64,000 bases of DNA from an uncultured Pseudomonadales bacterium (GTDB taxonomy: Bacteria > Patescibacteriota > Microgenomatia > UBA1400 > UBA1449): the NCBI GenBank assembly GCA_964386355.1, contig CAYLQQ010000001.1:12256-76255 (forward strand), written 5' to 3'. Both the position numbers and the translations under genes were made by a program. Position 1 is the stretch's first letter, and each line of letters opens with the position of its first letter. Below the pieces are notes generated by a model. The model had not been told where the DNA came from. It did no database searches and saw nothing but the letters and a program-made list of their open reading frames with translations. This document shows positions 1 to 9,764 of the stretch, piece by piece.

Positions 1-1134
1 TAATAATCCTTTAGCATCTCCTAAAAGCAGCAGCGAGTCATTTGATCGGCGGGGATTATATCCACCTATACCATTCCTAAATCCCCATACGGAATACACA
101 TGTGCAAATCTAACACCTTCTACTTTTACTCGCAATCCGTCTACATACATAAAGTCTATATTTATTGGTGTAGTACCAGTAAGCTCAGCTGGTAGTATCT
201 CAACCCTTGGAGGCTCTGTTCCCTCAGTACCTGTTAGACTTTCCAATCCCCAGGATCTTAATTGGTGTGGTTCAAACCCAGCTTGATTAGGTTTTCTTAC
301 TAAATAACGGTTTGCAAATACCGTGTACCGATTGGGAACTCTTGAATTTTGTTGAGGTTCCATTCGACAGTATTCATAAGCTGAATTAGCTGGCAAAAAC
401 CACTGAGGTAGAACACTTAAAGCGTCAATCAGGGCTTTACCGGGCTCATGAACAGTTATTATAGTTTCATCTATAAATATAGATTGATCCCGTTTATATT
501 TTAGCTGAAAAAACTCAGGAGACTTTGGATCAACTGGATCTTTTACAAGACCAGCCTCTCCATACCAAGCCCCAACCTCTGGCACCCAAGATCGAAAGGT
601 GATACCTTTGGCCAATTTGCCAGCATATGTAGCAGTAGTAGCTATTTTTAATCCCCTTCCATGTGCCCCAAGTGTCTGATCCTCTTCTTTTGAATCATGT
701 TGTGTAAGGACTACATTACCTGGACGTAAACCTTCACCACGTCGAATATGGTTACATACCTCAACTTTGCTAATCTTTTTTAATCCCAAAACCCCTACAA
801 TCTTTGACCCCACCTTCTTCTGATCAGATAAAAAGTGGACATAACTAACTGGCTCTTCATTTCCTTCGTAATATACTTTGATTTCAGGTGGACCTTTTGA
901 CCAGTCATTAAAATCTAGCGCTCCTTGAAGTATCTCATACCAATATCCCGGCCATGGATTTCTTTCATTTGATACTGCTCTTACCATGTCTCTTACTTCA
1001 TTTTGTTCGCCCAGATAAGAAGTGTCTCTACTTTTAACATCACCTATTTCTAAATCGCATAGGGACTGTAAACCGTGAGGTTGTCTTAATGTGTCAGGTT
1101 TTGGTGTTGATCGGTCAACTTTAAACAGTCCCAT
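1..1134 (-). CDS. Partial ORF (>=378 aa, runs off window start), GHKL/HATPase-like ATPase domain protein
   Basis: Not in the ORF track. Manual translation from the ATG at 1134 stays open to position 1 (MGLFKVDRSTPKP...). Contains WYEILQGALD (N-box-like ExxxNAxD with N->G), GAHGRGLKIA (G-box-like GxxGxGLK) and MYVDGLRV (transducer-like). Confidence 0.6.
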   Translation of the reverse strand, partial: MGLFKVDRSTPKPDTLRQPHGLQSLCDLEIGDVKSRDTSYLGEQNEVRDMVRAVSNERNPWPGYWYEILQGALDFNDWSKGPPEIKVYYEGNEEPVSYVHFLSDQKKVGSKIVGVLGLKKISKVEVCNHIRRGEGLRPGNVVLTQHDSKEEDQTLGAHGRGLKIATTATYAGKLAKGITFRSWVPEVGAWYGEAGLVKDPVDPKSPEFFQLKYKRDQSIFIDETIITVHEPGKALIDALSVLPQWFLPANSAYEYCRMEPQQNSRVPNRYTVFANRYLVRKPNQAGFEPHQLRSWGLESLTGTEGTEPPRVEILPAELTGTTPINIDFMYVDGLRVKVEGVRFAHVYSVWGFRNGIGGYNPRRSNDSLLLLGDAKGLL

Positions 1135-1219
1135 AACTAGATATAATATAATGTAAGTTTGTACAATAGTATATAATTAGATGAGTTACTTATTTTTTAT
1201 ATAATTATTCATATTACCT

Positions 1220-1879
1220 ATGTCACACGTTGAAAAGAGCGCTCTCCATACTAAAAGGATAAGGGGTATTGATGAACCAAAAGAAAGTGAGCCAATTAGA
1301 ATTATCGCTGGAGCTGTTGAACGTGTTAGTTTCCAGGGACCCGAACGTCACCAGGGAAACGAGCAGTTGTTTGCTATGCTTGACCGAGCAAGAGAGCTTA
1401 CAAAATTAGGGGACCCTTTAACTTCCCAAGATGGTGAAGAAATGCCAACACAGGTACTTATCGTACCTGTAGAAACTCTCGATCCTCTAGCTACAAAAAG
1501 ACAGAAAGGCGCTATCAGAAGTCTAATCAGTAGAATACTATCTCCAAAAACTGCTACTCCCGTGAGCCATAAATGGCATGCACGTGATGCTGCGATGTGT
1601 TTTGCAACACGAGCACGGCATCCCAGCGCAGCATGGGAAGGTTCAATCAGTGGAATTGTAGTGATGTCTCAGGAATCAATTAATATTTTTTATAGAGAAT
1701 TAAATGGTAATCCAGTCCGTCTATTTGATCTCATACAAGAGGTAAATAGAGGACCAATCAATTGTACTGATGGTACCAGAGCAGAAGTTACTCCAGGAAA
1801 ATGTATAGCTATACTTCCAAATAAAGCTTATGGGGGGGGACTTGACCATGTAGCTAAGACTAAACCCTTTACTCAATAA
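1220..1879 (+). CDS. Hypothetical protein
   Basis: 219 aa ORF divergent from the ORF at 1..1134, separated by an AT-rich spacer. No motif recognised. Confidence 0.6.
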   Translation: MSHVEKSALHTKRIRGIDEPKESEPIRIIAGAVERVSFQGPERHQGNEQLFAMLDRARELTKLGDPLTSQDGEEMPTQVLIVPVETLDPLATKRQKGAIRSLISRILSPKTATPVSHKWHARDAAMCFATRARHPSAAWEGSISGIVVMSQESINIFYRELNGNPVRLFDLIQEVNRGPINCTDGTRAEVTPGKCIAILPNKAYGGGLDHVAKTKPFTQ

Positions 1880-2077
1880 ATTCATTAATATATGTGATAG
1901 TTTCATTTACCTATTTAATCTTGTGTTTTTTATTAAACAAATTCAGAGATCACTTAATCCCTCGACTGTATCGGTCAGAATACTAAATAAGGACGAATTA
2001 GATCATATCTATAAATTGATAGAATAATTGTAGTTTACATTAACAGACCGTTAGTGCTTATATTTATTCATATCTCA

Positions 2078-3256
2078 TCACAAATCCACCCGCTGTTCAC
2101 ATCGCTTACCACAAGCAAGTGAGGCAAAAAAACTGACCACCATCAAACCACCAGCCAGGATAAAGACATGAGCCATCGACCGTCCGATTACCACACCCGC
2201 AAGCAATGGCCCAATAATTTGGCCAAGTGAAGTATATCCTTGGCTAATACCCAAAATTCCCCCCTGATCCTCGGCTTTAGTATTTTGGGTTATCAAAGCA
2301 CTTAGGACCGGTAAAATCGCGGCTCCAAACACACCGCTTAATAGAACAATAATAATAAATGGGGTCACTGTGGAAACAAGCGAGATGAGCATGAGATTTA
2401 GTCCGGATAAAAGTAAAGAAACTTGCAAACTTCGTTTCATTCCCCCTAATACCTTAATGATCCACTTCACCCCTATTCCTTGCATGACAATACCTACTAA
2501 GCCTACCAAAGAAAATATTAAGCCAATTGTTCGAGCTGATAACTTTAGCACATCAACAGTAAAAGATTGGAAACCAAGTATCCAGGCGTTTTGACCTACT
2601 GAAACAATAAAGGTGATGATTAGCAGTAGTCCAACCGATGGACTGGTAAGGGCTGTGATAAGGTTGTGCGGTTTGACCAATGCCTTGCGTTCGATGTGTG
2701 TTTTATCAAGTGTTTCAGGTAAAAAGAAAAATCCAAACGCTGCACCAATAAATGCCAAAAAGGCCGAAAACCAGTACGGCGCTGTTAGACTTATACCACT
2801 CAATAAACCTCCAATTGCAGAGCCAATTAAAAACCCAAACCCAAATGCTGCTCCCAATATACCGAAATATTTGGCCCGCTCTTCCTGTTTGGTTGTATCA
2901 GTAATTACTGCTTGAGCAACGGAGTTATTACCTCCTGTCAGTCCATCCAATATACGTGCGACAAACAAAACCCAGGCTGATCCAGCCAGAGCAAACAGTA
3001 CCTGCGAAGCAGCCGTACCAAACAGACAAAAAACCAACAATGGCTTCCTCCCCCACCTATCAGACAGCCTGCCAATAATTGGCGTTGAGATAAACTGGGC
3101 AATAGAAAACGAGGCAAACAGAAATGATAATCCCTGGGCATTTATGCCAAAACGTGCTGCGTATGGGTAAAGCAATGGAATAATTACCCCATATGAAATG
3201 GCATTAATCAGCATGACTGCTGAAAGAAACATGAGGGTCTTATTTGCTTGCGGCAT
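2078..3256 (-). CDS. MFS transporter, TetA/DHA1-like
   Basis: About 12 hydrophobic segments, motif A GRLSDRWGRK, ARILDGLTGGN and motif C GAAFGFGFLIG. Confidence 0.9.
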   Translation of the reverse strand: MPQANKTLMFLSAVMLINAISYGVIIPLLYPYAARFGINAQGLSFLFASFSIAQFISTPIIGRLSDRWGRKPLLVFCLFGTAASQVLFALAGSAWVLFVARILDGLTGGNNSVAQAVITDTTKQEERAKYFGILGAAFGFGFLIGSAIGGLLSGISLTAPYWFSAFLAFIGAAFGFFFLPETLDKTHIERKALVKPHNLITALTSPSVGLLLIITFIVSVGQNAWILGFQSFTVDVLKLSARTIGLIFSLVGLVGIVMQGIGVKWIIKVLGGMKRSLQVSLLLSGLNLMLISLVSTVTPFIIIVLLSGVFGAAILPVLSALITQNTKAEDQGGILGISQGYTSLGQIIGPLLAGVVIGRSMAHVFILAGGLMVVSFFASLACGKRCEQRVDL

Positions 3257-3365
3257 ATTTGGTTATAAATATGGGAATTTTGAAAAGACTAGTTAGTATA
3301 AATGGATAAATTTACTAGTGCAATGGTAAAACGGAAAGAATTTCGAACATGCTCTCTTATTCAGT

Positions 3366-3400
3366 TTTGATATTTTGTATTTGGTATTTGATTTTTGGAT
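3366..3400. repeat. Degenerate 7-nt tandem array (5 units)
   Basis: tttgata ttttgta tttggta tttgatt tttggat, directly after the stop codon of the IMPDH-like gene. Confidence 0.7.
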
Positions 3401-3405
3401 TTCTA

Positions 3406-4914
3406 TTAGTGTGTGCCTTGCAGACCTTGCCCAGCTGAAGTGATTTGCCTAAGTGGTGAAGGGTCAATCTTATGTAGATCGCTAATCGAAGCAACTCCTC
3501 GAAAAACTAAACTTAAGATAACATCCTCAATTAAAAAAAGCATATTTTCGGCTATTGTTGGTTTGAAATGGGGTACATAGCTTTTGTATGCCTTTGTCGT
3601 TTCACCTTCCACAAAAGAAGGAATACCAAAACCAAGTACTTTTCCATCTTGATATTTAGTTCGAGCTGAAGCTTCACCTCCATACGGTTTGAACCAATTA
3701 CCTTTATCGTCTACCAAATACAGTAATCCACCGGGGGATTCGATTGTTCCGCCTCCTGCCATACGTGTCACCCCAATTCCACTCGCACCAAGAAGCAAGG
3801 TTACTCCAACTTGTTCGCTGGCTCCACCTTCCACAATTGCCGGAATACGTATCTCTCCTCTCATCTGCCATAGAAGCTCAGGCCAGTTAACGGTTGATCC
3901 CGACCTCACTGCTGTAATACACCTGCCTCCTCCGCCAATTCCAAGATAGAGTCCATCTGCACCAGCCTTTTGCAACTCTTTAGCTTGTGAAACCGATGCA
4001 ACTTGCCCTGCAAATATTTCTATATCCTTACCTAATTCTTTTCGCAAAGCTTTCACCGTGAGTACTGCTTCTTTACCCGGTTCGGGTGAGTACACACGGA
4101 ATGTGCGGATGCCAGTTTGGTAAAGAAGCTGAGCCCGTTTAATACTAGTGCCGTGATCAGGTTCTATAACCCCCACAATATTATGTTTCCACCTTTCAAG
4201 TAATATATCCTTGTCATCTCTGAAGTTTAATAGTGGTTCACTTTCCATCCAAGTAAATGCAGCCTTAGCTAAGTCTGCCTGACGTTTTGCGTCAGAAAAG
4301 AGACCATTACGCGGTAGACACACCAACGCATGGCACATCGCCATGGTTGCAAGAGCTGCAGTAGAACCAAAAATATCTGGCATAGCGCCACCAGCAAAAG
4401 GAATTCGACCATATTTTCCAAGTTTAATAAAAGGACCTGTCTCCAGAATTTTCCGTCTAGAGATCCGATCCCTGTCTGTTCCGACTACATTCATGCCCAG
4501 ATCATGTACAGAAAGAGATAAACCATCTCTCAATACTCGCTCCATCGTTTTATTTGATACTTTGGCTGGAGCAGAATATGGCTGCTTATCAACTTGGTAT
4601 AACTTTTCTAAACGTGAAGGATGATTAAAAAGCTCGAGAATGTACCAGCGAAACAAAAGCGTCTGCCAGAGATCTTCGTCGGTCAGTAATGTTTTGCCTA
4701 AAAACTGAAGGTAGTCAAATGGAGTCGTCAATAGTCCCTGTGAGGGATATATCTCTTTGGCTTCGCCTGTAATCTTGTACCATCGGTCAAAAAGTGTGTT
4801 TCTATTCTTTTCATACCCTCTCGTCAGCTTATGGATGTACTCTTCTCCCTTCTCGTTATTAAGAAGATTGTGGAAACTGATATGGCGATAGGCTTTGGGT
4901 TTATAGTACGGCAC
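3406..4914 (-). CDS. Divergent IMP dehydrogenase/GMP reductase family protein
   Basis: GADGLYLGIGGGGRCIT (catalytic-Cys loop, cf. GIGPGSICTT), PAIVEGG (cf. ADGG), TIESPG, YGGEAS and VEGE motifs. GTG start lies 6 nt after a TACCAT -10 element. Confidence 0.75.
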   Translation of the reverse strand: MPYYKPKAYRHISFHNLLNNEKGEEYIHKLTRGYEKNRNTLFDRWYKITGEAKEIYPSQGLLTTPFDYLQFLGKTLLTDEDLWQTLLFRWYILELFNHPSRLEKLYQVDKQPYSAPAKVSNKTMERVLRDGLSLSVHDLGMNVVGTDRDRISRRKILETGPFIKLGKYGRIPFAGGAMPDIFGSTAALATMAMCHALVCLPRNGLFSDAKRQADLAKAAFTWMESEPLLNFRDDKDILLERWKHNIVGVIEPDHGTSIKRAQLLYQTGIRTFRVYSPEPGKEAVLTVKALRKELGKDIEIFAGQVASVSQAKELQKAGADGLYLGIGGGGRCITAVRSGSTVNWPELLWQMRGEIRIPAIVEGGASEQVGVTLLLGASGIGVTRMAGGGTIESPGGLLYLVDDKGNWFKPYGGEASARTKYQDGKVLGFGIPSFVEGETTKAYKSYVPHFKPTIAENMLFLIEDVILSLVFRGVASISDLHKIDPSPLRQITSAGQGLQGTH

Positions 4915-4988
4915 GCAAGCATGGTACTAAAAAATGGACGGGGATGTAAGGTGTAGGTGGTGTGTTGCTCAAGGTTAAAGTGAATTTA

Positions 4989-5771
4989 TTACTGAGCATG
5001 CACCATTTCATATAAACCTAATAATGGCTTGCTACATCCACCAACAAAAAGCTGACGAAACTCTTCCTTAGTAAGTTCAAAACTTTGGTAAGACGCATAC
5101 CTACGTTCAACTCCAGATCTCCTTTTATCAGACCGAGCTTTCGCTTTCTCGATTCTCTTGGCTTCTTTCTTGTATAGTTTATAAGCTCTATTTACAAAAT
5201 AGCCTACATAAGCTTCAGATGTAGGGAATCTTCTGATCAATTCTGCTCCCTGCATTCCATCACCAAATACTCTATTGATAACATTATAGCGCAATGTTTG
5301 AGAGAAAGGTAGGTCGTTACCATATATCTCAGCAGGAATTAAGTTAGGCATACGATATAAAGCAACACTTACTTGCTCTACTATCCCAGCAATATTTCGA
5401 TCCCGTATTTTTCTTTGAATTTCTTCTCTAGGCACACCTATTAATTCACCATACATATAAACAGGGTCTACCCCTGATAGCTCTAATGTACCTTCATCTT
5501 TTTGCGCTTCTAGTTCACCAATACGCTGTGCAGTTTTGGTTAATTCTCTACTCTGCTTCATAGCTCTCCGATACCTACCTGTAAATGGCAAAAGCGCAGA
5601 CATAGTAGTTCGTTGCATTGCTCTTAATATTCTCGTACGAGCAAGTCGGTGGGGTTCAATTAACTGACTAGTCTCCTTTATCAGCTCTTCATAAAAAGTT
5701 TCAATTTCATTTTCCGGAAAGTACACCTGATCACCTAGCATCTCTTTTAATGCAGGACCGGCTTGGTTCAT
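4989..5771 (-). CDS. Hypothetical protein
   Basis: 260 aa ORF, charged and probably helical. No motif recognised. Confidence 0.6.
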   Translation of the reverse strand: MNQAGPALKEMLGDQVYFPENEIETFYEELIKETSQLIEPHRLARTRILRAMQRTTMSALLPFTGRYRRAMKQSRELTKTAQRIGELEAQKDEGTLELSGVDPVYMYGELIGVPREEIQRKIRDRNIAGIVEQVSVALYRMPNLIPAEIYGNDLPFSQTLRYNVINRVFGDGMQGAELIRRFPTSEAYVGYFVNRAYKLYKKEAKRIEKAKARSDKRRSGVERRYASYQSFELTKEEFRQLFVGGCSKPLLGLYEMVHAQ

Positions 5772-6022
5772 CGCATTTCTTCCTCTATTTTTAATATATT
5801 TTAAGCGGAAATGAGCTCGGGCTACATATAATTAAGTATAGTTATGGAATAACGGTCGTAGTCAAAATGACCTAAGTTTATCTGATCATTAATACAATTA
5901 GGTTTAATGTTAAACCAAGTTCGTTACATATCTCACATCTATTTATAAATGCGCTAATTCATTTAATATCGCCAGATCAGATGCTTACTTATACCTTTTT
6001 GATATACATTTTACATATTTTA

Positions 6023-7534
6023 TTATGTAATTAAGATTTCCTCCTTCCCATCTTTTACCTCTATTTCCCTCTCTTTCAACTCTTCTCTAATCTCATCCGC
6101 TCCAGACCAGTTCTTTCCCCTTCTTGCTACTTCCCTTTGATCAATCAGATCAATAATATCTTGATTTAGTTCTTTTTGAGAAATAATTTTTACTCCTGTT
6201 TTAGTTCCGGTATATTCATACCTGTCACCTGTCACCTGTAAGCTATCAGCTATCCCTAACCCCAGCACCCTATCCCAATCCAACACCAAATTAACTTTAT
6301 CATTTTCAGATAGTTTTTCATCCTTGAGCATTTCCCAAATTAGAGCCAGAACCTCAGGCATCTGAAGGTCATTCGAGAGCGTGTCGATGAATTTTGTACT
6401 CCATACTTCATACTTCTTACTTCTTACTTCTTTTAAATTCTGAGGGGATCCTATCGCTTGCTTCAGGATGACGATCTTGTTAAGGAGATTATCTAAACTC
6501 CGCTTAGCATTCTCCAAACTCTCCCAAGTGAAATTGAGTGGCTGACGGTAGTGGCCAGTCAGATAAAAGTAGCGCAGGTGCTCAGGTTTGTAGCCCCGAT
6601 CCATAATATCCTTAAGTGTATAGGCATTCCCCAAAGACTTACCCATCCTTCCTCCATCAACCTGCAAAAACGCACCATGCATCCAGTATTTTACAAATGG
6701 TTTTTTACCCGTAGCGCACTCAGATTGGGCAATCTCATTAGGGTGATGTGTCGATTTGTGATCTTCACCACCTAGATGAATATCAAACTGATCCCCAAGA
6801 TATTTTTTAGACATTGCCGAGCACTCTATATGCCAGCCCGGAAAGCCAATGCCCCACGGACTCTCCCATTCCATTTGCCTTCGGGTATTTTCATCATCCT
6901 GTTTGGGATCAAAATCACGTCCGTTCGGATAGCTGAATTTCCAGAGTGCAAAATCACGGGAATCCTTCTTTCCAATATTTTCTTCAATTCTATTTTCGAT
7001 ATTATCTTTGTGAATATTTGACATAAGACCGTAGGAATTACCAGCCTTTTCATATGTCCCAACATTAAAATATAAACCATCAGATGTTTTGTAGGTAAAG
7101 CCCTTTGATTCAATTGCCTGAATCATTTCTATTTGCTCTTTTATATGATCAGTAGCTTTGCAAAATACTTTTGGCTCAATTAAATTAAGCAGTCTATACC
7201 CTTTTAAGAATTCTTCTGTATAAAATGATGCAATATCCCAAACTGTTCGATTCTCTTTCTTGGCCGCTTTTTCCAGTCTATCGTCACCTGAGCTGGCATC
7301 TCCCAAATTATCACCGGTTAAATGTCCAACATCTGTAATATTCATAACAAAATCAACTTCGTATCCTAAGTATCTAAGCGTTCGGATAAGCAAGTCTGAA
7401 AAAACAAATGTTCTCCAATTCCCTATGTGAGGGTAGAAATACACAGTCGGTCCGCACGTATATATACCGACCTTTTTATCATGAATGGGAACAAATTCTT
7501 CGATCTGGCGAGTAAGTGAGTTAAAGATTTTCAT
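6023..7534 (-). CDS. cysS: Cysteine--tRNA ligase
   Basis: YTCGPTVY, HIGN (HIGH motif), DFALWK, GFPGWHIECSAM, HHPNEIAQ, RMGKS (KMSKS motif). Confidence 0.97.
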   Translation of the reverse strand: MKIFNSLTRQIEEFVPIHDKKVGIYTCGPTVYFYPHIGNWRTFVFSDLLIRTLRYLGYEVDFVMNITDVGHLTGDNLGDASSGDDRLEKAAKKENRTVWDIASFYTEEFLKGYRLLNLIEPKVFCKATDHIKEQIEMIQAIESKGFTYKTSDGLYFNVGTYEKAGNSYGLMSNIHKDNIENRIEENIGKKDSRDFALWKFSYPNGRDFDPKQDDENTRRQMEWESPWGIGFPGWHIECSAMSKKYLGDQFDIHLGGEDHKSTHHPNEIAQSECATGKKPFVKYWMHGAFLQVDGGRMGKSLGNAYTLKDIMDRGYKPEHLRYFYLTGHYRQPLNFTWESLENAKRSLDNLLNKIVILKQAIGSPQNLKEVRSKKYEVWSTKFIDTLSNDLQMPEVLALIWEMLKDEKLSENDKVNLVLDWDRVLGLGIADSLQVTGDRYEYTGTKTGVKIISQKELNQDIIDLIDQREVARRGKNWSGADEIREELKEREIEVKDGKEEILIT

Positions 7535-7564
7535 ATGTTTATATTAACAGATTTTTTTAATTAC

Positions 7565-7585
7565 AAAAAACCTCCTTGTAGAGGT
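7565..7585 (-). terminator. Intrinsic terminator/attenuator hairpin upstream of cysS
   Basis: Minus strand ACCUCU-ACAA-GGAGGU followed by UUUUU, ending about 30 nt before the cysS ATG. Confidence 0.6.
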
Positions 7586-7609
7586 AATTGAGTTGCTCAT
7601 AATTGATAC

Positions 7610-7687
7610 TCACAAACAACAAAAATACCTCCGAAGAAACAGGGGTGAACAACAGGAAGACTTATTTAAGTATAATGAAATAATCAT
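7610..7687 (-). CDS. Putative Cys-rich leader peptide of a cysS attenuator (MIISLYLNKSSCCSPLFLRRYFCCL)
   Basis: 25-aa uORF with two tandem TGT-TGT pairs, directly upstream of a terminator hairpin and cysS. Confidence 0.65.
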   Translation of the reverse strand: MIISLYLNKSSCCSPLFLRRYFCCL

Positions 7688-7761
7688 AGTGCAAATTTAA
7701 TCTAATACTAAACGAATGCAGTTTAGCCTACACATATATCGGAAGTGATAATCTTGGGAAA

Positions 7762-8241
7762 CTACCCCATCACTACCCCCTGCTCTCCTGACCTGGATTG
7801 CTGGGAACCCGGCATTCTGGCAGCCTCTTCTTCTTTTTTTCGCTCCTCTACCTTTTTTTGTTCTTTTTCCCACAGCTCCATTTTTTCTTCCTGGTCCCTG
7901 GCTACGTCTGTTCCCTGTTGCTGACCAATCTCATACTTCTTAATCTCCTGTTGTTTCTTAGCTCTGTATTCTTGTATATCCTGTTGGATTTTTTGGTAAT
8001 TCTGCTTTTTTAGTTTTTCATCCTGTTTCTTTTTCATCTCTAACTGCTCTGGTGTCATTTGGGGATCGGCTTTGCCGTAGAGCTGTTCGATCCAAGAACG
8101 ATGCTGCTGGGTATCATCCTGCTGTTGCTGTTGGTTCTGCTGACCTTGAGAGCTTTTAATTTGCTCGATAGCTTCTATACCCATCTCACGTGGTAAGTCA
8201 GATAAGGTTTCGAAGCTATCTTTAAGAAAGTCATCAAACAT
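7762..8241 (-). CDS. Hypothetical Q/E/K-rich coiled-coil protein
   Basis: 159 aa, low-complexity and charged. Confidence 0.65.
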   Translation of the reverse strand: MFDDFLKDSFETLSDLPREMGIEAIEQIKSSQGQQNQQQQQDDTQQHRSWIEQLYGKADPQMTPEQLEMKKKQDEKLKKQNYQKIQQDIQEYRAKKQQEIKKYEIGQQQGTDVARDQEEKMELWEKEQKKVEERKKEEEAARMPGSQQSRSGEQGVVMG

Positions 8242-8306
8242 AAAATATATAATAACAAAGCATAGATCTAATAACTATAGCTAAGTCAGAGTGCTGATGT
8301 ATTACC

Positions 8307-9359
8307 TTACTTTTTTTTGACTACCAAAGATGCAAGTGCCTCTGACCGTATCTTTAGCAAGAAACGTGGACATAATAAGTTATGAATTAACTGACCTAAT
8401 CTCCGCCACCAAAAACGAAACAAGGCAATGGGTAAAAATAATGAGGCAACTAATACTGAAACCGGAAATGCCCATAAGGGTACCGTTCTCCACGTCTTGG
8501 CATACCCTACACATCCCATACTATTTCCTTTCAAGACAGGGCGAATACAAAGTGTATAGATATTATTACCCTCTCTAGTACTGTGATCACTAAAACAGTG
8601 GTCACCATACATTTTTGCATGACTGCCATAAGCATATGCAATTTGTCTAGATCTTTTTAGATCTGTTGCATTAGCAATATCGCAGCCTCCATCATTATTA
8701 TGGCCTGTATTGAGCCATAAATAAGCAGACATGATATGGCCGAGCAGCGTTTTTGATCCAAAAGTCCCAATCAAATAAAAAGGTATATCTTCCTGTTTCC
8801 TTTGATATTGTTGGTTAAACTTTCGCATATATTCAGTGTTGCTAAACTGAAAACAAGCTTGCTGCTTTTTATGACTCTTAAAATCTATAAGCAAGTTAAA
8901 AAATGAACTCATGCGCGAACCTGTATTGGGGGTGGCAACCAAAAAAACCGAATTTATTATATTTTTTTGTATCTTCTTTTGGCTTGCTTCAAACAAATCA
9001 CTGTCAATATATGCCCGAACTATGAGCCCGCCTAAACTAAACCCGACAAGTGTAATCTGCCGTTGGGGATACACTGTAACCAACGCTTCTATTTGATCAT
9101 TTAACCATGTAGCAAGTTGTTCAATACTAGGTGTCTCTACTTTTCCATTTTTATACTGCGCAAGGTATACCTCATACCCATCTGTCCGTAACCAATCTGG
9201 CAAATCATGAAATTGGCTTTTGAAGCCAGATGAGGTAATATGTATCAGCCTTGCCTCTTCGCAACAGTCCTTGCCTGTAATAACTGATGTAGTACGATGG
9301 CCGGGAACTAAGACAATAATGGGTTTTTCTTTGGTCATAAATCTCTTATTACTAACCAT
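8307..9359 (-). CDS. Alpha/beta-hydrolase (lipase/PGAP1-like) with C-terminal hydrophobic anchor
   Basis: IIVLVPG oxyanion strand, GFSLGG nucleophile elbow, VATPNTGS, NDG and a candidate His. Start moved from 9449 to 9359 (9338 is an alternative) to avoid overlap with acpS. Confidence 0.8.
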   Translation of the reverse strand: MVSNKRFMTKEKPIIVLVPGHRTTSVITGKDCCEEARLIHITSSGFKSQFHDLPDWLRTDGYEVYLAQYKNGKVETPSIEQLATWLNDQIEALVTVYPQRQITLVGFSLGGLIVRAYIDSDLFEASQKKIQKNIINSVFLVATPNTGSRMSSFFNLLIDFKSHKKQQACFQFSNTEYMRKFNQQYQRKQEDIPFYLIGTFGSKTLLGHIMSAYLWLNTGHNNDGGCDIANATDLKRSRQIAYAYGSHAKMYGDHCFSDHSTREGNNIYTLCIRPVLKGNSMGCVGYAKTWRTVPLWAFPVSVLVASLFLPIALFRFWWRRLGQLIHNLLCPRFLLKIRSEALASLVVKKK

Positions 9360-9398
9360 AGTAAAAACTCTACCTAAAAAAAGCAACTGAAGGAATCT

Positions 9399-9764
9399 AT
9401 GCAAACTCGAATTGGAATAGACCTTGTGCATATCTCCCGCTTCCAGCATGAGATGAAACTAAATACTGAATATTTTTACCAGCATGTATTTAGCCAAGAA
9501 GAATTAAAAATACATACAAAAATAGAATCTCTGGCTGGAGCTTTTGCAGCAAAAGAGGCATGTATAAAAGCAAATCCTTCCTTTCAAGGTAAACTTAGCG
9601 ATCTGAAAATCTTAAAAACAAAAACCGGAAGACCCTACCTGGACAATCCTGCATTTTCACCTGATAATGGTTCTGTTGATATTTCAATCAGCCACGATGG
9701 TGAATATGCGATTGCAATTTGCCAGACAATTTCTCATGCAAACACTATACAGTCAACTTCATAG
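9399..9764 (+). CDS. acpS: Holo-ACP synthase (4'-phosphopantetheinyl transferase)
   Basis: IGIDLVHISRF, AGAFAAKEACIKA, GRPY, SISHDGEYAIA. Confidence 0.93.
   Translation: MQTRIGIDLVHISRFQHEMKLNTEYFYQHVFSQEELKIHTKIESLAGAFAAKEACIKANPSFQGKLSDLKILKTKTGRPYLDNPAFSPDNGSVDISISHDGEYAIAICQTISHANTIQSTS

Noticed and set aside
7535-7760. T-box riboswitch upstream of cysS
   Set aside because: No UGGNACC T-box bulge and no room for stem I. The Cys-rich uORF explains the region better.
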